A stretch of 62,551 nt of DNA, counting the filler. It is 11 parts of 11 records of this genome, joined end to end, with 100 filler letters (N's around TTAATTAATTAA, not from the genome) between each part and the next. Parts side by side here need not be neighbours in the genome. Positions count along the whole stretch, not along the records: positions 45,687 to 49,924 come from SRR7504441_11985; positions 50,025 to 57,129 come from SRR7504441_11986; positions 57,230 to 62,551 come from SRR7504441_11987; 8 more parts are not named here. The stretch is one strand, 5' to 3'. Within the stretch, counting starts at the first letter, position 1. Each line of letters starts with the position of its first letter. Positions 49,760 through 62,179 of the stretch are shown one piece after another. The translations under genes were made by a program, and so were the position numbers. The notes beneath the pieces are model-generated. The model saw only the letters and a list, made by a program, of their open reading frames with translations. It ran no database searches and had not been told where the DNA came from.

Positions 49760-50545
49760 TGAAAAAAAATCACTTGAACGGCCTCGGATTGAGTGACCGA
49801 CCGCAAGCTGTTGACCCAATTATCAGTACCGACAAGGGGCTAGCGCACCCGTGCAGCATCGTTCTCCAGCCCGTTCCGAGTTTCTTTGGGGCATGCCAGG
49901 GTCGCAATCGGGGCGACATCCATTNNNNNNNNNNNNNNNNNNNNNNNNNNNNNNNNNNNNNNNNNNNNTTAATTAATTAANNNNNNNNNNNNNNNNNNNN
50001 NNNNNNNNNNNNNNNNNNNNNNNNGTACTCGTACAATCATGGCTAGGTGCGTATCACGTGGTTGAATGTGTGGTGGGGCCAGCGTGGGCCTGTTCACTGT
50101 GACCAGTTGGCGGGTCGTCGTCGCTGCGCGCAGCTCCGGCTGGCCGTACGGCCGCCTTGTGCTGGCGCTGCGACTGTCGGTCGTCGTGGCCGTCCGCGCG
50201 TTTGCGCGGCCGGTCCGTGGGGTTTTTGATGTCCGTGTCCGCTTCCGGCTGTGTACTTGGTACAACAAATACCTACAAATAATATGCACGAAGGCCAAAG
50301 AAGCCTAATTTGGGCGTCGCAACAGCGAATATGTCCGTTGAATACCGCAATTTCCGGCCTTGGCTTTTGAAGAAAAGCGGGTGAAGACCATGAAAGAGAT
50401 GTTTGAAATGCCGGAGTTGCAAGCTTGGCTGACGGAGGGGGGTGAAAATTATGTGCTGCCACCAAATCAGCCATTTGATGCCTCCAACAAATGCCATGCC
50501 TAATGAGTTGATTGAGTTCACTCTTCACTCGTAGGGGTTGCATGA

Positions 50546-50589
50546 TATTATTGAGCTAGATAAGGTATATTATTGAGTTAGATAAGGTA
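50546..50589. repeat. Tandem 22-nt direct repeat x2 (TATTATTGAGYTAGATAAGGTA)
   Basis: Two adjacent copies with one mismatch. Confidence 0.8.
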
Positions 50590-50685
50590 GACTCGAATAA
50601 ATTTAGATTGTTATAGGAGTTGCTTTTAGTCTGTTAGTAACATAAAAATTAACCGCCTCAGTACTGAACCTAACCGGGGACAGAT

Positions 50686-50817
50686 CCTGGGTCTGGTAAT
50701 CTAGCGCAGTTGCTAAGCGAGTAGCCCAGGCGGATTCCACTGGCCATACGGGACGCCTTCGCGGCGCTCAGTGCTCCGGTATGGCCAGTGGGGCCCGCCT
50801 TAGGCCCGCCTAGGGCC
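50686..50817. other. Multi-hairpin structured element (possible ncRNA)
   Basis: Perfect 13-bp inverted repeat at 50737-50749/50779-50791, extended by AGGCGG/CCGCCT; flanking stems CCTGGG/CCCAGG and GGCCC/GGGCC. Confidence 0.5.
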
Positions 50818-50884
50818 GACACTACACTGACTGCAGGTATCATGGATCATGAATCAGATGTGGTAAAGAACAACGGTGCCATCC

Positions 50885-51679
50885 TCAAGGGAGCCCTGCT
50901 ACATTATCGTAAGCTAGTTTGGCGTGTTCGAGGATCCAAAAGAACGTGGACGAGCCTAGTCCGATTATTACTATCCGTGGTCCTACCCCGGCCCACAGCG
51001 CTCCCAGCCCATCTACCTTGGCCACATGTAGCCCAGCAGGCCAGCAGCCGACCACCCCGCCTGGCAGCAGCCCGCCCTTGATCCGAGTGTTGACCACGTC
51101 CAACGGATTGGTCAGCACCGCTGTGAGCACGCCTGAGCCCAGTCCGACCCCAGCCTTCTCCCACGGAGCTAGTTGGTCGGTGTGGCAGCCCCGGCCGGCG
51201 GCCCAGCAGCGCATCAGCCCCTCATACAGCGACATCTTGAGCCCCGCAAACGGCACATCTTTGGCCAGATTTGCCCGCCAGCCCACCATCAGCCCGGCCC
51301 AGCCCGGCCCAGCTAGCACGCTCCGGACTGCCCCGAGCGGCGACCGGTCCAGCCCAAGCACCACCCGCTTCTTCACGGTGTCTGCCGGCACTGCCAGCAT
51401 CGAGGAGGGCACCGCACATAGCAGCGAGGCTGTCAGCACCCCACCAGCCGAGCCGCCCACCGCCGACTGCTTGAGCAGGTAGTACCCCCCGAAGAAGAAC
51501 CCGAGCGACGGGCCGCTCCCAGCCAGCGAGAGGCTAACCACCCCGCGGAGCATCCGGCGGGGCTCCACCGGCCGGCCCGCCTGAAGCTGGGTCTTGTACG
51601 CGTCCAGCGCGAAGAACACCGCGTCCGTGCACGCCCCAGCCAGGTAGCCCGCTGCTGCCTCCCGTCGCCAGCCGCTCAT
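50885..51679 (-). CDS. Mitochondrial carrier (SLC25; SAM-carrier-like)
   Basis: Three-fold Px[DE]xx[KR] repeats ALDAYKTQLQ, PADTVKKR and PLDVVNTR; DVPFAG; GVGPR. Confidence 0.9.
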   Translation of the reverse strand: MSGWRREAAAGYLAGACTDAVFFALDAYKTQLQAGRPVEPRRMLRGVVSLSLAGSGPSLGFFFGGYYLLKQSAVGGSAGGVLTASLLCAVPSSMLAVPADTVKKRVVLGLDRSPLGAVRSVLAGPGWAGLMVGWRANLAKDVPFAGLKMSLYEGLMRCWAAGRGCHTDQLAPWEKAGVGLGSGVLTAVLTNPLDVVNTRIKGGLLPGGVVGCWPAGLHVAKVDGLGALWAGVGPRIVIIGLGSSTFFWILEHAKLAYDNVAGLP

Positions 51680-51801
51680 CCGTCGCCGCTGCTGCCTACG
51701 TCGCCGTCGAATTTAACGGAACAATATGCGACCTTGTGAGTGAGTCATCGGTCTTTGGAAGCGAGTAACGGAGGCTCCGCTCGTGACGTGTCAATCTCAA
51801 C

Positions 51802-52821
51802 ATGGCAACACCGCTGAAAGCCTCGCTCCGCTCGCTCCGGCGGACGCTGCTCCAACGACGGATCCACGTCAACGGGACCGCTCCGGCCTCACGCGTCAAC
51901 GGAGTCGAGCCAACCGTGCGGCCGGCCGTCTCGATCCAGTCAGCCCCGGGTGTGGGGACGGTCGGTGTGCTCGGGTGTGGCAAGATGGCCGAAGCGATAT
52001 GCAGAGGGATGGTCGAGTCCAAGGTGGTGGCCTCCGACCAGCTTCAACTGTACGACGTCAACCAAAAGCGGATTGACCACTTCCACAACCAAGGCATCGT
52101 CGGCCGGGTGTGCGAGGCCGCGGCGGAGGTGGCCGAGGGAGCGGACACGGTCCTCCTGGCGGTCAAGCCGCAGCACATGCAGAAGGCGCTCGCAGCGATG
52201 GCCCCGGGCCTAAGCCCAGAGACTATGGTTGTCTCGATCGCGGCGGGCCTGCCGGTCAGTCTGCTGGCGGAGGAGCTTCCCGGATGCAGCGCGATTGTGC
52301 GGGCGATGCCCAACACGCCGGCCATGATAGGGGAGGGGATGACCGTCTGGTACTGCTCGGACGGGGTGACCAAGCACCAGCAGAGCCAAGCGCGCAGCAT
52401 GATTGCCTGTTTCGGTTCCGAGCATCTAGTTGCTGAGGAGCACTTCCTAGACATCGCCACGGCTGTGGTTGGCAGCGGCCCTGCGTATACCTTTATGTTC
52501 ATCGAGGCCCAGATAGACACCGCGGTGCACATGGGCTTCCCTCGCGACGTGGCCGAGAAGCTCGTAATCGAGACTGTTAGAGGCTCCACCGAGTACCTGG
52601 CACAGACAGAGAAGCACATCGCTGCTCTTAGGAACGATATTACAAGCCCGGGGGGTACCACGGCTGCTGCGATCTACAGCGCTGAGCAGGGCGGGTTCAA
52701 GACTGTGATCTCGGACTCGCTGTGGGCTTCTTTCAGGCGGTCGCTGGAGCTTGGCGGCAATAATAGTGATGTCGGCCCAGGGCGGAGTCTCAATCATCAA
52801 TTTACTTTCCGGGGCAAGTGA
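51802..52821 (+). CDS. proC: Pyrroline-5-carboxylate reductase with a transit-peptide-like N-terminus
   Basis: GCGKMA, LAVKPQ, SIAAG, RAMPNTP, GSGPAY, ITSPGGTT. Confidence 0.95.
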   Translation: MATPLKASLRSLRRTLLQRRIHVNGTAPASRVNGVEPTVRPAVSIQSAPGVGTVGVLGCGKMAEAICRGMVESKVVASDQLQLYDVNQKRIDHFHNQGIVGRVCEAAAEVAEGADTVLLAVKPQHMQKALAAMAPGLSPETMVVSIAAGLPVSLLAEELPGCSAIVRAMPNTPAMIGEGMTVWYCSDGVTKHQQSQARSMIACFGSEHLVAEEHFLDIATAVVGSGPAYTFMFIEAQIDTAVHMGFPRDVAEKLVIETVRGSTEYLAQTEKHIAALRNDITSPGGTTAAAIYSAEQGGFKTVISDSLWASFRRSLELGGNNSDVGPGRSLNHQFTFRGK

Positions 52822-52946
52822 ATATGTAGTGAATATGTGCTCCTATAATGAATATGTATACATAACAATCGTCCAAAGTTGCAAGCATGCATAATTATGC
52901 ATTAGATCCGGGCGTTAGAACCTGCTACTTGTATACTACTTGTGAA

Positions 52947-55199
52947 TCAATGCGGCGGACCTTGAGTCGAAATCCAATCGCATTTTCCGTTTGTGACAGA
53001 AGCCCAGAATGGCACCGCCGGTAGACTAGAGTTGAAGCTCTGGATTGGGCAACTCATCGGCGGGCACGGTACAATCATCTTGTTGGCCGAAGGGCAGCAC
53101 GGGTATTCGCCCCAGGCGTATCTAATCGCCGTCACGTTTGGCACAAGGTCGGCCGGGACTTGAAACTGGACTTCATTCCAGCCATCCAGCTTGGCGCCAG
53201 TCGTGGCGTTGATCCCACACACGCCAGCCCCTGGATTCACGTGGTCGTTGTCCCGAGGAGGGCACTTTGGCCCGAGAGTGACTGGAATCCAAACGCCAGA
53301 CGACGCATTGTGCACGTCGCCGTTGAGCTGCACTTCCATCGGGCTTTCTGGCCCGAGCTGCTGGGCCAGCGAGAGCAGCTCGGGCGTCCAGCTGATGCCC
53401 TGCCCGCCGGAGTCGACCATACTGATCGCCGAGTCCGATCGCTGAAGCACCATGATCGTGTCATCTCTAAGCAGCTCAGCATCAAACGAGAGACGGAAGC
53501 TTCCTCCAGTGGCTTGGCACGCGCGGAGCACAGGACCGGTGTAGACGATGGACTTGTCTCCATAAGCAATCGCGCGTGCGGCGGCGGCCAGTCTGTGCCC
53601 CACAATCTGCTTGACCCGAGGGTGGATTCCTCCCATGAACTGACCAGTATACGGGGCGAGCCCTGCCATACAAGCCCAGCCCTGACCCGCAGCGTGGTTT
53701 GTGCAGCACTGGTTGCCTCCGCTACATGGGTCACCGGCATCGTACGCTTGTGCCACAAACGTGTTGTCTGTTGCGTTCAGGAATCCAGTGTTGAGGCTCT
53801 GCGCATACCTGAAGCTCCCCATGTTCTCGCCGTTACCCTCCGACGTGCCGCCTGCCAACGTCACGAGACCAAACGGGAAATTCGCCGGAGTGGTGCCAGG
53901 CACCGCGCTCCAGGCAGCACGCCAGGTGCGGATCAGATTCTGCATTAAGCATGCGTATCCGGTCCGAGTCGAGACACTCCCGCAGGCCAATGGGCCGCCG
54001 CCGCGAGGCCCGTGCTGCGACCAGCTCCGGCTGTTAGCGTCGTGGCACTGGAAGACATTGTTCTCGCCTTGGTACCACAGAGCGCCTTTGATTGTTGTGT
54101 TGAGCACCGGCGCTATCATTCCATTCCACAGCGCCCCGCTATCTATGTCCCACCGTTTGTTCTGCCAAGGCGCGTACGCCCCTCCCGAGCTGTTACGGCA
54201 CGCTCCTGCGTTGAGGGTGGCGTTTGGCTGCCAAAATTCAACCATCGTGCCGCCCCAGTTGGATGTAACCAGCCCGAGCGGCACAACGGGCTCCCCATTG
54301 GCCTCGGCCATGTCAGTCAGCCGCTGCCCGAAATGCCAGCAGGCGGCGCTGAATTGGTCAACTGTATTGTAGTTCCAGGTATCATCAGGCTGAGGGTAAG
54401 CGGTGCAGCAGGTGGGGCAGTCGCCCTGATCGCCCCGTCCTTCGCGACAGGTTTTATTGGCGTAAGCGCCAACATCAGGCAGCAACCAGCCGCCCCCAGG
54501 GTACCCGCCGTAGATCTGCCGGGGCGGGGGCGGTGGAGCCACGTGCAAGTCGTAGCCCTTGTACCCACCATCTGGCTGGTTATTCATCGGCATGGTCCAC
54601 ATCCGGATGTTGGCGTACTTGCCGGCGATGATCTGGTCGTACGTGGCGTTCCGCGATGTATCGAAATGCATGACCAGCCACACTGCCCCGGGCTCAGCTC
54701 ACCGCCAGCCGCAGCGCGACTCACTGTTGCTCTGGCCGGAGCAGAACCACACATCGCCGAAGGTGACGTCCCATATGGTCTGGCTGGCGCCCACCGACCC
54801 GGCCACGGTGATCGCAAACTGCCCGCCTGCCGGGGCTGGGTCTAGCAGGACCTTCCAGTACGAGTAGTTTCGCCCGGGGTCCTGCCAGACGACGGCGGAC
54901 AGATTGTACCGGCCGGGCCGGCGCAGGTCGTCCACGATCAGGTGGACTCGGCTGCACTGCACCGCGTACCCATACACGGCAGCCCGGCCCGGCTCTCGCT
55001 GGAGCACCGTGTGGTTGGTGAAGCCGCCTGAGAAGAAGGCGCCTGGGGTGGAGGTATCGAACGGCTTGAGCGTGTTGCCGTTGGCGTACTTGTCCGGCCC
55101 AGCCGTCAGGCCGGCCGCTGCCGCAAAGTCCTGCTCGCGCTGCCGGTGGGCTGCAGCCCCGCACACCGCCAGCGTCACGAGAGCCGTCCGGAGCACCAT
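52947..55199 (-). CDS. Secreted sialate O-acetylesterase (SASA/SGNH family)
   Basis: Signal peptide MVLRTALVTLAVCGAAA; DVTFGDVWFCSGQSN|M across intron 54684-54725; WGGT, WYQGENN, IHPRVKQIVGHRL, IRYAW. Confidence 0.88.
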
Positions 55200-55265
55200 T
55201 CTCGCCTCGCCGAGCCGGAGAGGCACAACGCCACAAACCAGCACCCAGCTGCAGTGACCGTCCAC

Positions 55266-57037
55266 ATGGAGTGGTGGCTGAAAGGAGTCGTCACCGCGCA
55301 GCTGGTGGTAGCTGGGCTGGTTTACCGGGCGCTGTCCCGGTACGACGCCAAGATTCGCCCACCGCCCTTAGAGCCGCCCCGCTCGCCCGACCCCGGCACC
55401 CCGATCCTGCAGCAGCTGCCCCCACAATCCAACCCGTTCATCAACAAAACCTGGCGGCTCTCTGCGTTCGAGCGGCTCAAGATGGCTCTGATGGCGGTCA
55501 CCATGTTCCCGGTGCGGATGGTCGTCTTCCTTGTCGCGCTGGTCGGCTGCAATCTCACTTGCCGGCTGATCCTGCTCGGAACCGTCAGGGGCTCGCCGCT
55601 CTCCCCGGCCCGCCGCAAGCTCGTCGACTTGGTTCTCCCAACCTTCGCCCGTGTTGTGATGCTCTGCGCCGGGTATTGGCGCCTACCTGTCAAGGGCCGC
55701 CGCGCGCCGCCGTCCGAGGCCCCGATTCTGGTTTGCAGCCACAGTTCGGTGGTGGACTTCTTCGCGGTGTGCGCCGTGTACGGCCGGTGCCGTGTGGTCG
55801 CCGAGCGGTCCAACGTCGCCAACCCGGTGCTGGGTCCGCTGGCCGAGTGCCTCGAGCCAATCACGCTCGATCGGCGGTCAGCGGAGTCGAGGGACCTGGC
55901 AAAGCAGCGGATACAGCAGTGCGCTGAGGACACCTTCGCTGGTCGAGACCAGACTCAGATGTGCATCTTTCCTGAGGGCACCACCTCCGGAGCCGAGTTC
56001 CTGATCGGGTTCAAACCGGGCGCCTTCGTGCCCGGGCTGCCGGTTCAGGGTATGTGTCTCAAGTACAAATGGGGCTCGCTTGACCCGTCGTGGTGCTTCT
56101 CGGGGCCTGACGCGCCGCTCCTCTTCTTCCGTATGTTCTGCCAGGCACGCCCAGCACCGCAATGCACTGTTCAAGCGGGGTGCAGGTGAGCAATTCCATC
56201 GAGGTTCTGTACACTGATGTGCACAAGCCTTGCGAACAGGAGAAGCGGGAGCCCAAGCTGTTTGCATCGTGAGCCACCCGCAGCAAGGCCGTCTGACCGT
56301 TGGGGGGGCAGTAACATGCGCGACCGGATGGCTCGAGCCGGTGGGATGCAGACTACTGGGCACTCTGGCGACGACGTGGTGCTGCAAACAATTGCTTTCA
56401 AGCACGGGCTGCCTCCGGAGGTCGGGGCGATTGGATCCCAGGACATCATGGACCGGTTCCGCATTCACCGGACAACCATCAAGGAGCACTTGGACAGGTT
56501 CGCGCTGGCTGACACCGACAAATCGGGCACTTGCTCGTTCAGTGAGCTGGTCAGTGCGTCCGAGAGTGTAACAGGTGAGCTCCACCCGGCCCAGAAGAAG
56601 CGGATGCGCGTGCTATTCGACTTGCTCGACGCTGACGCCTCCGGTGAGATCGATTTCCGGCAGTATTTACTCGGGCTCGGTCTTGTGAATGAGACGACGC
56701 TGGCTGGGGTGGCGCAGATGGCCTTCACGTTGCTCGACATGGATGGCGATGGTCTGATTGACTTCAAAGATCTGTGCCACATGATCGGCTGGCAGGAAGA
56801 AAACTCAGCGGTGAGCCCCTCCGGCTGGGCTTGTCAAGTGATCGAGGGGTGCAGGGAGAGGCCACGCCGCGGTCGGATGCGCTGGTGCAGCAATGGGGCT
56901 CGCGGAGCAAGCAGTACGACGAGAGCCAGTTTGTGGCGTTGTGTGCAGCCAATCCCGAGATGATTCAAGGACTTCAGACTAAGTTCTTTGAGGAGATGCA
57001 GAGGAAGCCGGACGGCGAGCAGTACTGGCCGAGCTGA
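55266..57037 (+). CDS. Lysophosphatidylcholine acyltransferase (LPCAT1/2-like) with EF-hands
   Basis: HSSVVD (HxxxxD), IFPEGTT, FKPGAFVPGLPVQ; EF loops DTDKSG, DADASGEID, DMDGDG. Confidence 0.9.
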
Positions 57038-57229
57038 TCCACCAAGCTCAATACTACCAATGCTTTGGAGGCTCGACCAATACGTGATAATGTTCTGCTT
57101 AAGCTCGCCATTTGGCTTCTTTTGTATACNNNNNNNNNNNNNNNNNNNNNNNNNNNNNNNNNNNNNNNNNNNNTTAATTAATTAANNNNNNNNNNNNNNN
57201 NNNNNNNNNNNNNNNNNNNNNNNNNNNNN

Positions 57230-58717
57230 CATCCGAGTCGCCATCGGCCGCTGCATCACATTCGGTTGCAACACAGGCTGCTTTTCTACTTGCTGCTGCA
57301 GCAAGCTCTGCTGCTGGGCCAATCCACTGGCCTCTGGGATCACGTCCAGATCTGCCGGCGCCGGCGAGGATAACTGTAGAAACCATAGTGACATCACTCC
57401 GTCTACTCGCCTGGAGCTGTTGTAGCTGGCCACTGTCCTGAGCTCGGTATCTGGGTAGATCCTCAACGGAGGCTCAAACACGCAGGGCTCAATCCCGACC
57501 AAGTAGCCCAGCTCGTCTCCGGCCCGGTCCGACTTGCCGTAGATCAGTTTCGCGTCGCACAGCAGCTGCCCTGACGTGTGGTTAATCAGCTTCAGTCCGA
57601 TAGCGCCCGAATGGACGTGTCCGACGGCATGAACTAGCTGGAGATATCCCATCCCGTCGGGCAGTCCGCCACGAATAGGCCGTTGCACGTTGCTCACTTC
57701 ATGCACGCAGCTCTCGGTCGGAGTCCCGTCGAGGCAGGCCGGCACTGTGTACTCAACATTCCCACCATGCTCATCGGCAGTGACATCAAGAGTCGTTCGA
57801 AACATCGTCGGGTAGTAACCAGCGCTGACAGTGGCGGGGACCGAGCGGTAGTGGAAAGTCATCTTCGCCATCACTCGGAGACTGGGCGCCAGCTTGGCTG
57901 TTGCAGCTGAGTGGCCATTGAGAAACACTCCGTCAGCGCAGCATCTGTAGCCCGAGCTGTAAGAGTCCAGCGAGCAGCCCGGATTGTGGCTAGCCTCGAA
58001 CCACGCATTGCACTCGAACGCTGGCGAGGGCACACAGCCGTCGATGGTTCCATTCCGGTAATCGAATACTCTCTCAGAAGTGCACGGGCATTCGAGCAGT
58101 GGCGACCACTCGCCCACCTTTGAGCTGTTCATAGTGTTGATGAAGTGGAGTACCGGCATCAGCTGCTCCGGTTGGGGGACAGCTATGCCGAACGGAGCCG
58201 GGAACAGCTGAGGGTTGTGTCGCATCTCGCCACCGGCCGCCCCGCCGAAACTAGCTGCCGAGGCTTGCGGCTTTCGCCTCTGTAGTTCTGCCAGACAGCC
58301 CGCCCCGCCAGCCATACTGTCCAGCCGGCAGCTCGGTTGGTCACGGTGCCACTCATGCCAACAGGGCTGGCCACCGACCGGGTCGTGCCCGCGCATGTAG
58401 TCGTATATCTCAGCCATGGAGTCGGTGCTGCCCATGTATAGGATATAGTGATGGTTGTAGAGATCAAACAGTGGCACTTGCACCTCCCGGCCGCGGTCGT
58501 CCAGGCTCACCACATCGAACGAGTAGTTGGTGATGAGCATCTGCCGCTCGCCGTCCGCAAACTCAGCCACTACCTCGGCGGGCAGCCGCACTGGCTTGGT
58601 CGGCCGGTTGTGGATCTCTGTGGGGCGCAGCGCGATCTCCGGGGAATACACCACGAATGAGGGGTCGGCAGCGAGCGTCGGCAGCAGCGAGCAGCCGAGT
58701 AGCAGTAGCGACAGCAT
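57230..58717 (-). CDS. Secreted SURNod19-like / copper monooxygenase-like protein, 3' truncated
   Basis: Signal peptide; VPLFDLYNHH, LLECPC, GYRCCADG, EYTVPAC, GHVHSG, GYLVGIEPC, GVMSLW. Confidence 0.72.
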
Positions 58718-59082
58718 GTGTGCACGTCTGCTCTCATCAGCGGCAACCCACCGGCACGGTTTCTAACTCAGCATGGTTGCTAATAACGGTGGGAAACCAA
58801 CGCTATGGTACAGACCCGGTCCTTTACAATGTACAGTGTACAAGTAATAAGGTGCGGGTACTTCGAGTAGGTATTCGAGTCAGTACGGGATGGTTTTGGT
58901 GGTTTCGGGGGGGCAAGTTCGTGTTGATGTGGGCTCTGTGTCATTTTAGATTCATTTAATAATATTTGTTCTGTGATGTTGAAATCTTGAGCTCATTCGT
59001 TGTAGACCTTGTCATTGCATGAGCTGTAGAAGCGCAAGTTATGTGAAGCATTGAACTAATTGCCTACACACTGCTTGCGATG

Positions 59083-62000
59083 CTACGGGTCCAGCTCAAT
59101 GTGCGTGTACCGCTCACTCACCTCCATCTGTTGACGAATGTAGTCTCGTGTTCTGGCATAGTGCTGGACAGAAGGCGCTTCAGGGTCTGCCTCGCGTAGC
59201 GCAGCAATGTTGTCTTGCAAGAGCGAGATCAGTGCATTGATCCACTTGACCTCGATTGCCTCGTTCCCGACGCTGAAATGGTACAAGTAGACATTGAGGA
59301 GCTCCACATATAGCGGCACGTTCTCGAAATTGGCCTCGCATTCACTGGCGTACTTGACACCTGCAGCAGGGTGAGGCCGACTCAAGCCGGGCACGGCGCA
59401 CCTCTTCGAAGCGCCTCGACTGCCCGTTTGCCCTGGCAGACAGTGATATCCTGATTCATCTGGAGAAGATTGAGTCCCGTGCCCGAAGTGTCCGGCGACC
59501 AGAAGAGCGACGAGCACATTGCGAGCATTCTGGTCTGGTCAGATTTGCGGAGCAACTTGGAGGAGTACAGCGTGGTCTTTGTGGAAAAGTTATCGTAATC
59601 CTCTTCAGAGAGGCAGCGGCAGGTCTGGAGCGTGCCAACCATCATCATGATGGCGTCGACTTGGACGCGTGAATCTGCCATCTCTTGCTCGTAGATGATG
59701 TAAGCCTGTGTCAGGAATTCGTAACAGATTCCTTTGTAGCCACACACGTTCGCTGACTGGGCAGCTGTCATGTATAGCTTGAAGGCCGCTTCTGGGAAGG
59801 CTGGCTTGAGCGCTTTCTCGAGGATCTGGTGCACAAACTCGAGGATCTTTTTGCAAGATATGTTGAACGTCCTCTCGGGCTGGGGAGTGGACCGCTCCAT
59901 CATCCTCACCTTTATCCCGAGCTTGAGCGCCGCCATCATCAGCGATGGCATCGTGTACCCGATCCTCTTCTGGCCAGCCATCCCAAGGTGCTTGCGCAGC
60001 AGCAGCAGCAGCTGGAATTGGACGTCCACGTCGTCGCAGTTGACCAAATGCACCATCGACGCTACCATCTTCTGCTGTTCCTCAAAGTCATCTAAAGCAT
60101 CCTCAGCCAGCTGCCCGTCGGTCTCCTGCTCTTCCAGCAGCGGCTGCATCAGCTCGAGCAACCGCTCAAACTGCAGCCCGTCCACAATCGGAGTCTGGTT
60201 CTTAGTCATGTTCTTCACGACGCTCACAGCGACAGAGGTCCTCTCCTCGGCCTCGAGAGACCCGAGTAACACTGAAAAGTGCTGCAGTTCGAGCACCTCA
60301 AGAATCGACTTGTAGCTCCGGATGGGTGTGGTGAGCAGCCGCTCCACCAGGATGGCGCACTCTGGCGGCATCGGGTCGTTCTTGAGCTTCTTCTCAATGA
60401 ATTGGCCGCAGAACTTGAGGACGTGGTCCACGTACGCACGACGCTCCGGGTAGGCTTGCAGGGCGAAAGTAACCAGTGAGACCTGCCCGGAGTGACCGGC
60501 CACCCGACTGCGCGCCTCACCTGGAGTTCGAGGATATCCTGCAGCTCGAGCGCTGAGCTCTGCTGGATCACCTTGGCGATGTACTGGGTGAAGATGTTGA
60601 ACGCTTTAATCTCACATACAAAACCTCCGCCTCCCGGCTCGTTGCACGACTGCGCAAAGTTGGCCAGCCGGTCCATCAAGTTGACCAGGATCGTTTTGAC
60701 CTGACGAGCCAGCTCGAGCCACAAGCAGCCACGAGGAGACCTTGACACCAGCCTGCAGCTGGGTACACGTGTTGAGGAAAGTCTCAAGCGTGGCTATGTG
60801 CATCTGATCGGGGAAAACCTGCCCCCGACGCAATCAATCGAGCGGCTGAGGCCGGCCGCGGACCTGGATGACGCAGTCCATCAGATATTCCTGGGCAATC
60901 GCGTCCTTGCAGTTGGTGATCTGTTCTAGCACCCTGCCGAGCCGCTCTATCAGCCACCAATACTGCGCCACTGGGGCCTTATATTAGCGCCCGCCCTAGC
61001 TATAGCCCGGATGGCACCTTGGGAGCACAGTGCTCTTGTACATCTCAGTGGTCACCCCCTCCAGCTGAGAAAGCCGGACAAGGCAAGTGCCCACCTGGCG
61101 GCACAGTCAGCCGCCTCGACCTGCCTGGGCCGCACCAGCACTCTGAGGTCCTTCCTCTCCCGCTGGAGCTTCTCGCGGTCCCGGATCGGGCCCTGGACGG
61201 GGGTCTGCGCTGGGGATCGGGGTGGGCACCTGCATCGCCATCCGGACCCACAGCTTGTTCATCTCAGTAAAGTTCTGTCAGCCCAGTCAGCAGCCCAGTC
61301 GACACCGCCGGCGCGCAGGCCGGGCAGGCACAGCCGCTCCCTGTTACGGCACGCACCATGATGATGAAGTCGATCGCATCTCGCGTGGTGCCGCCAGCAC
61401 CTTCATACTCGGAGTTCTCGTCGGGCAGCTTGTTTTTGCTCATCTGGCCACTGGATTAGGGCGGGCAGCTGGGCCGCAGGCACCTGCGAGAGATAGTTTC
61501 GGAGGAACAGCCCGCGCATCGGGTGCTGCACGCCGCGGCACATCTCGACTAGATCCTTCAGGATGTCTTTGCACGCCGATTCTTTCGATTCGATGAACAC
61601 AGCTCCCACCTGCAGCGCCACCGCATTACTGCGAGCCAACTGAGCCGGCCCACCGTCACCAGCAGATACATGCGCGGCAGAATGTTCCCCGCGTGCTGCA
61701 CTAGTTCGTACAGATCCGCCATCCGCTTGCCTGTCGCACCCAGGGACTCGACCGCCGGGCCCACGAGCCCGCAGACCTGAGCTGAGCATCTCCCTGAAGA
61801 AACCTTCCATATGTGTCAGCTCGTCCAGAACCTGCAGCCAGCCAACGCTCTTGCGGCCCGCCAGCTGCAGCTCCAGGGCGTCAGGCACGCACCGCCATAT
61901 ACAGGCCATAGTAGTTTTTCGGGGAAAGCAACTGCAACCCAATCAGCCCGGGGACAGCTCGACAGGACCGGGGTGCGCAGCTCGCTGATCATGACCGCCG

Positions 62001-62179
62001 AATGCTTCAATGCCTCGCGCAGATTTTTCGAGTCGAGCGCTCGCTTCATCAAGAAGGCCTCCTGCTGGACAACCTGCAGGCCCCCGCCGTGGTGAGCACG
62101 GGCCCGCCGCGGCCCGAGCGTGGGGCACCTTTTGGGCCTCGGCCAGCGACTTGGCTTCGTCCGGAGCCTCCTTCCCCAT
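59083..62179 (-). CDS. VPS35: Retromer subunit VPS35 (multi-exon)
   Basis: Spliced [86 protein letters not shown]. Confidence 0.96.

Noticed and set aside
50025-50543. Short ORFs at the start of contig 10
   Set aside because: No motifs and no consistent coding signal.
50686-50712. TPP riboswitch
   Set aside because: Only a P5-like CTGG-TAAT-CTAG-CG is present. There is no upstream CUGAGA, and it is antisense to the neighbouring gene.
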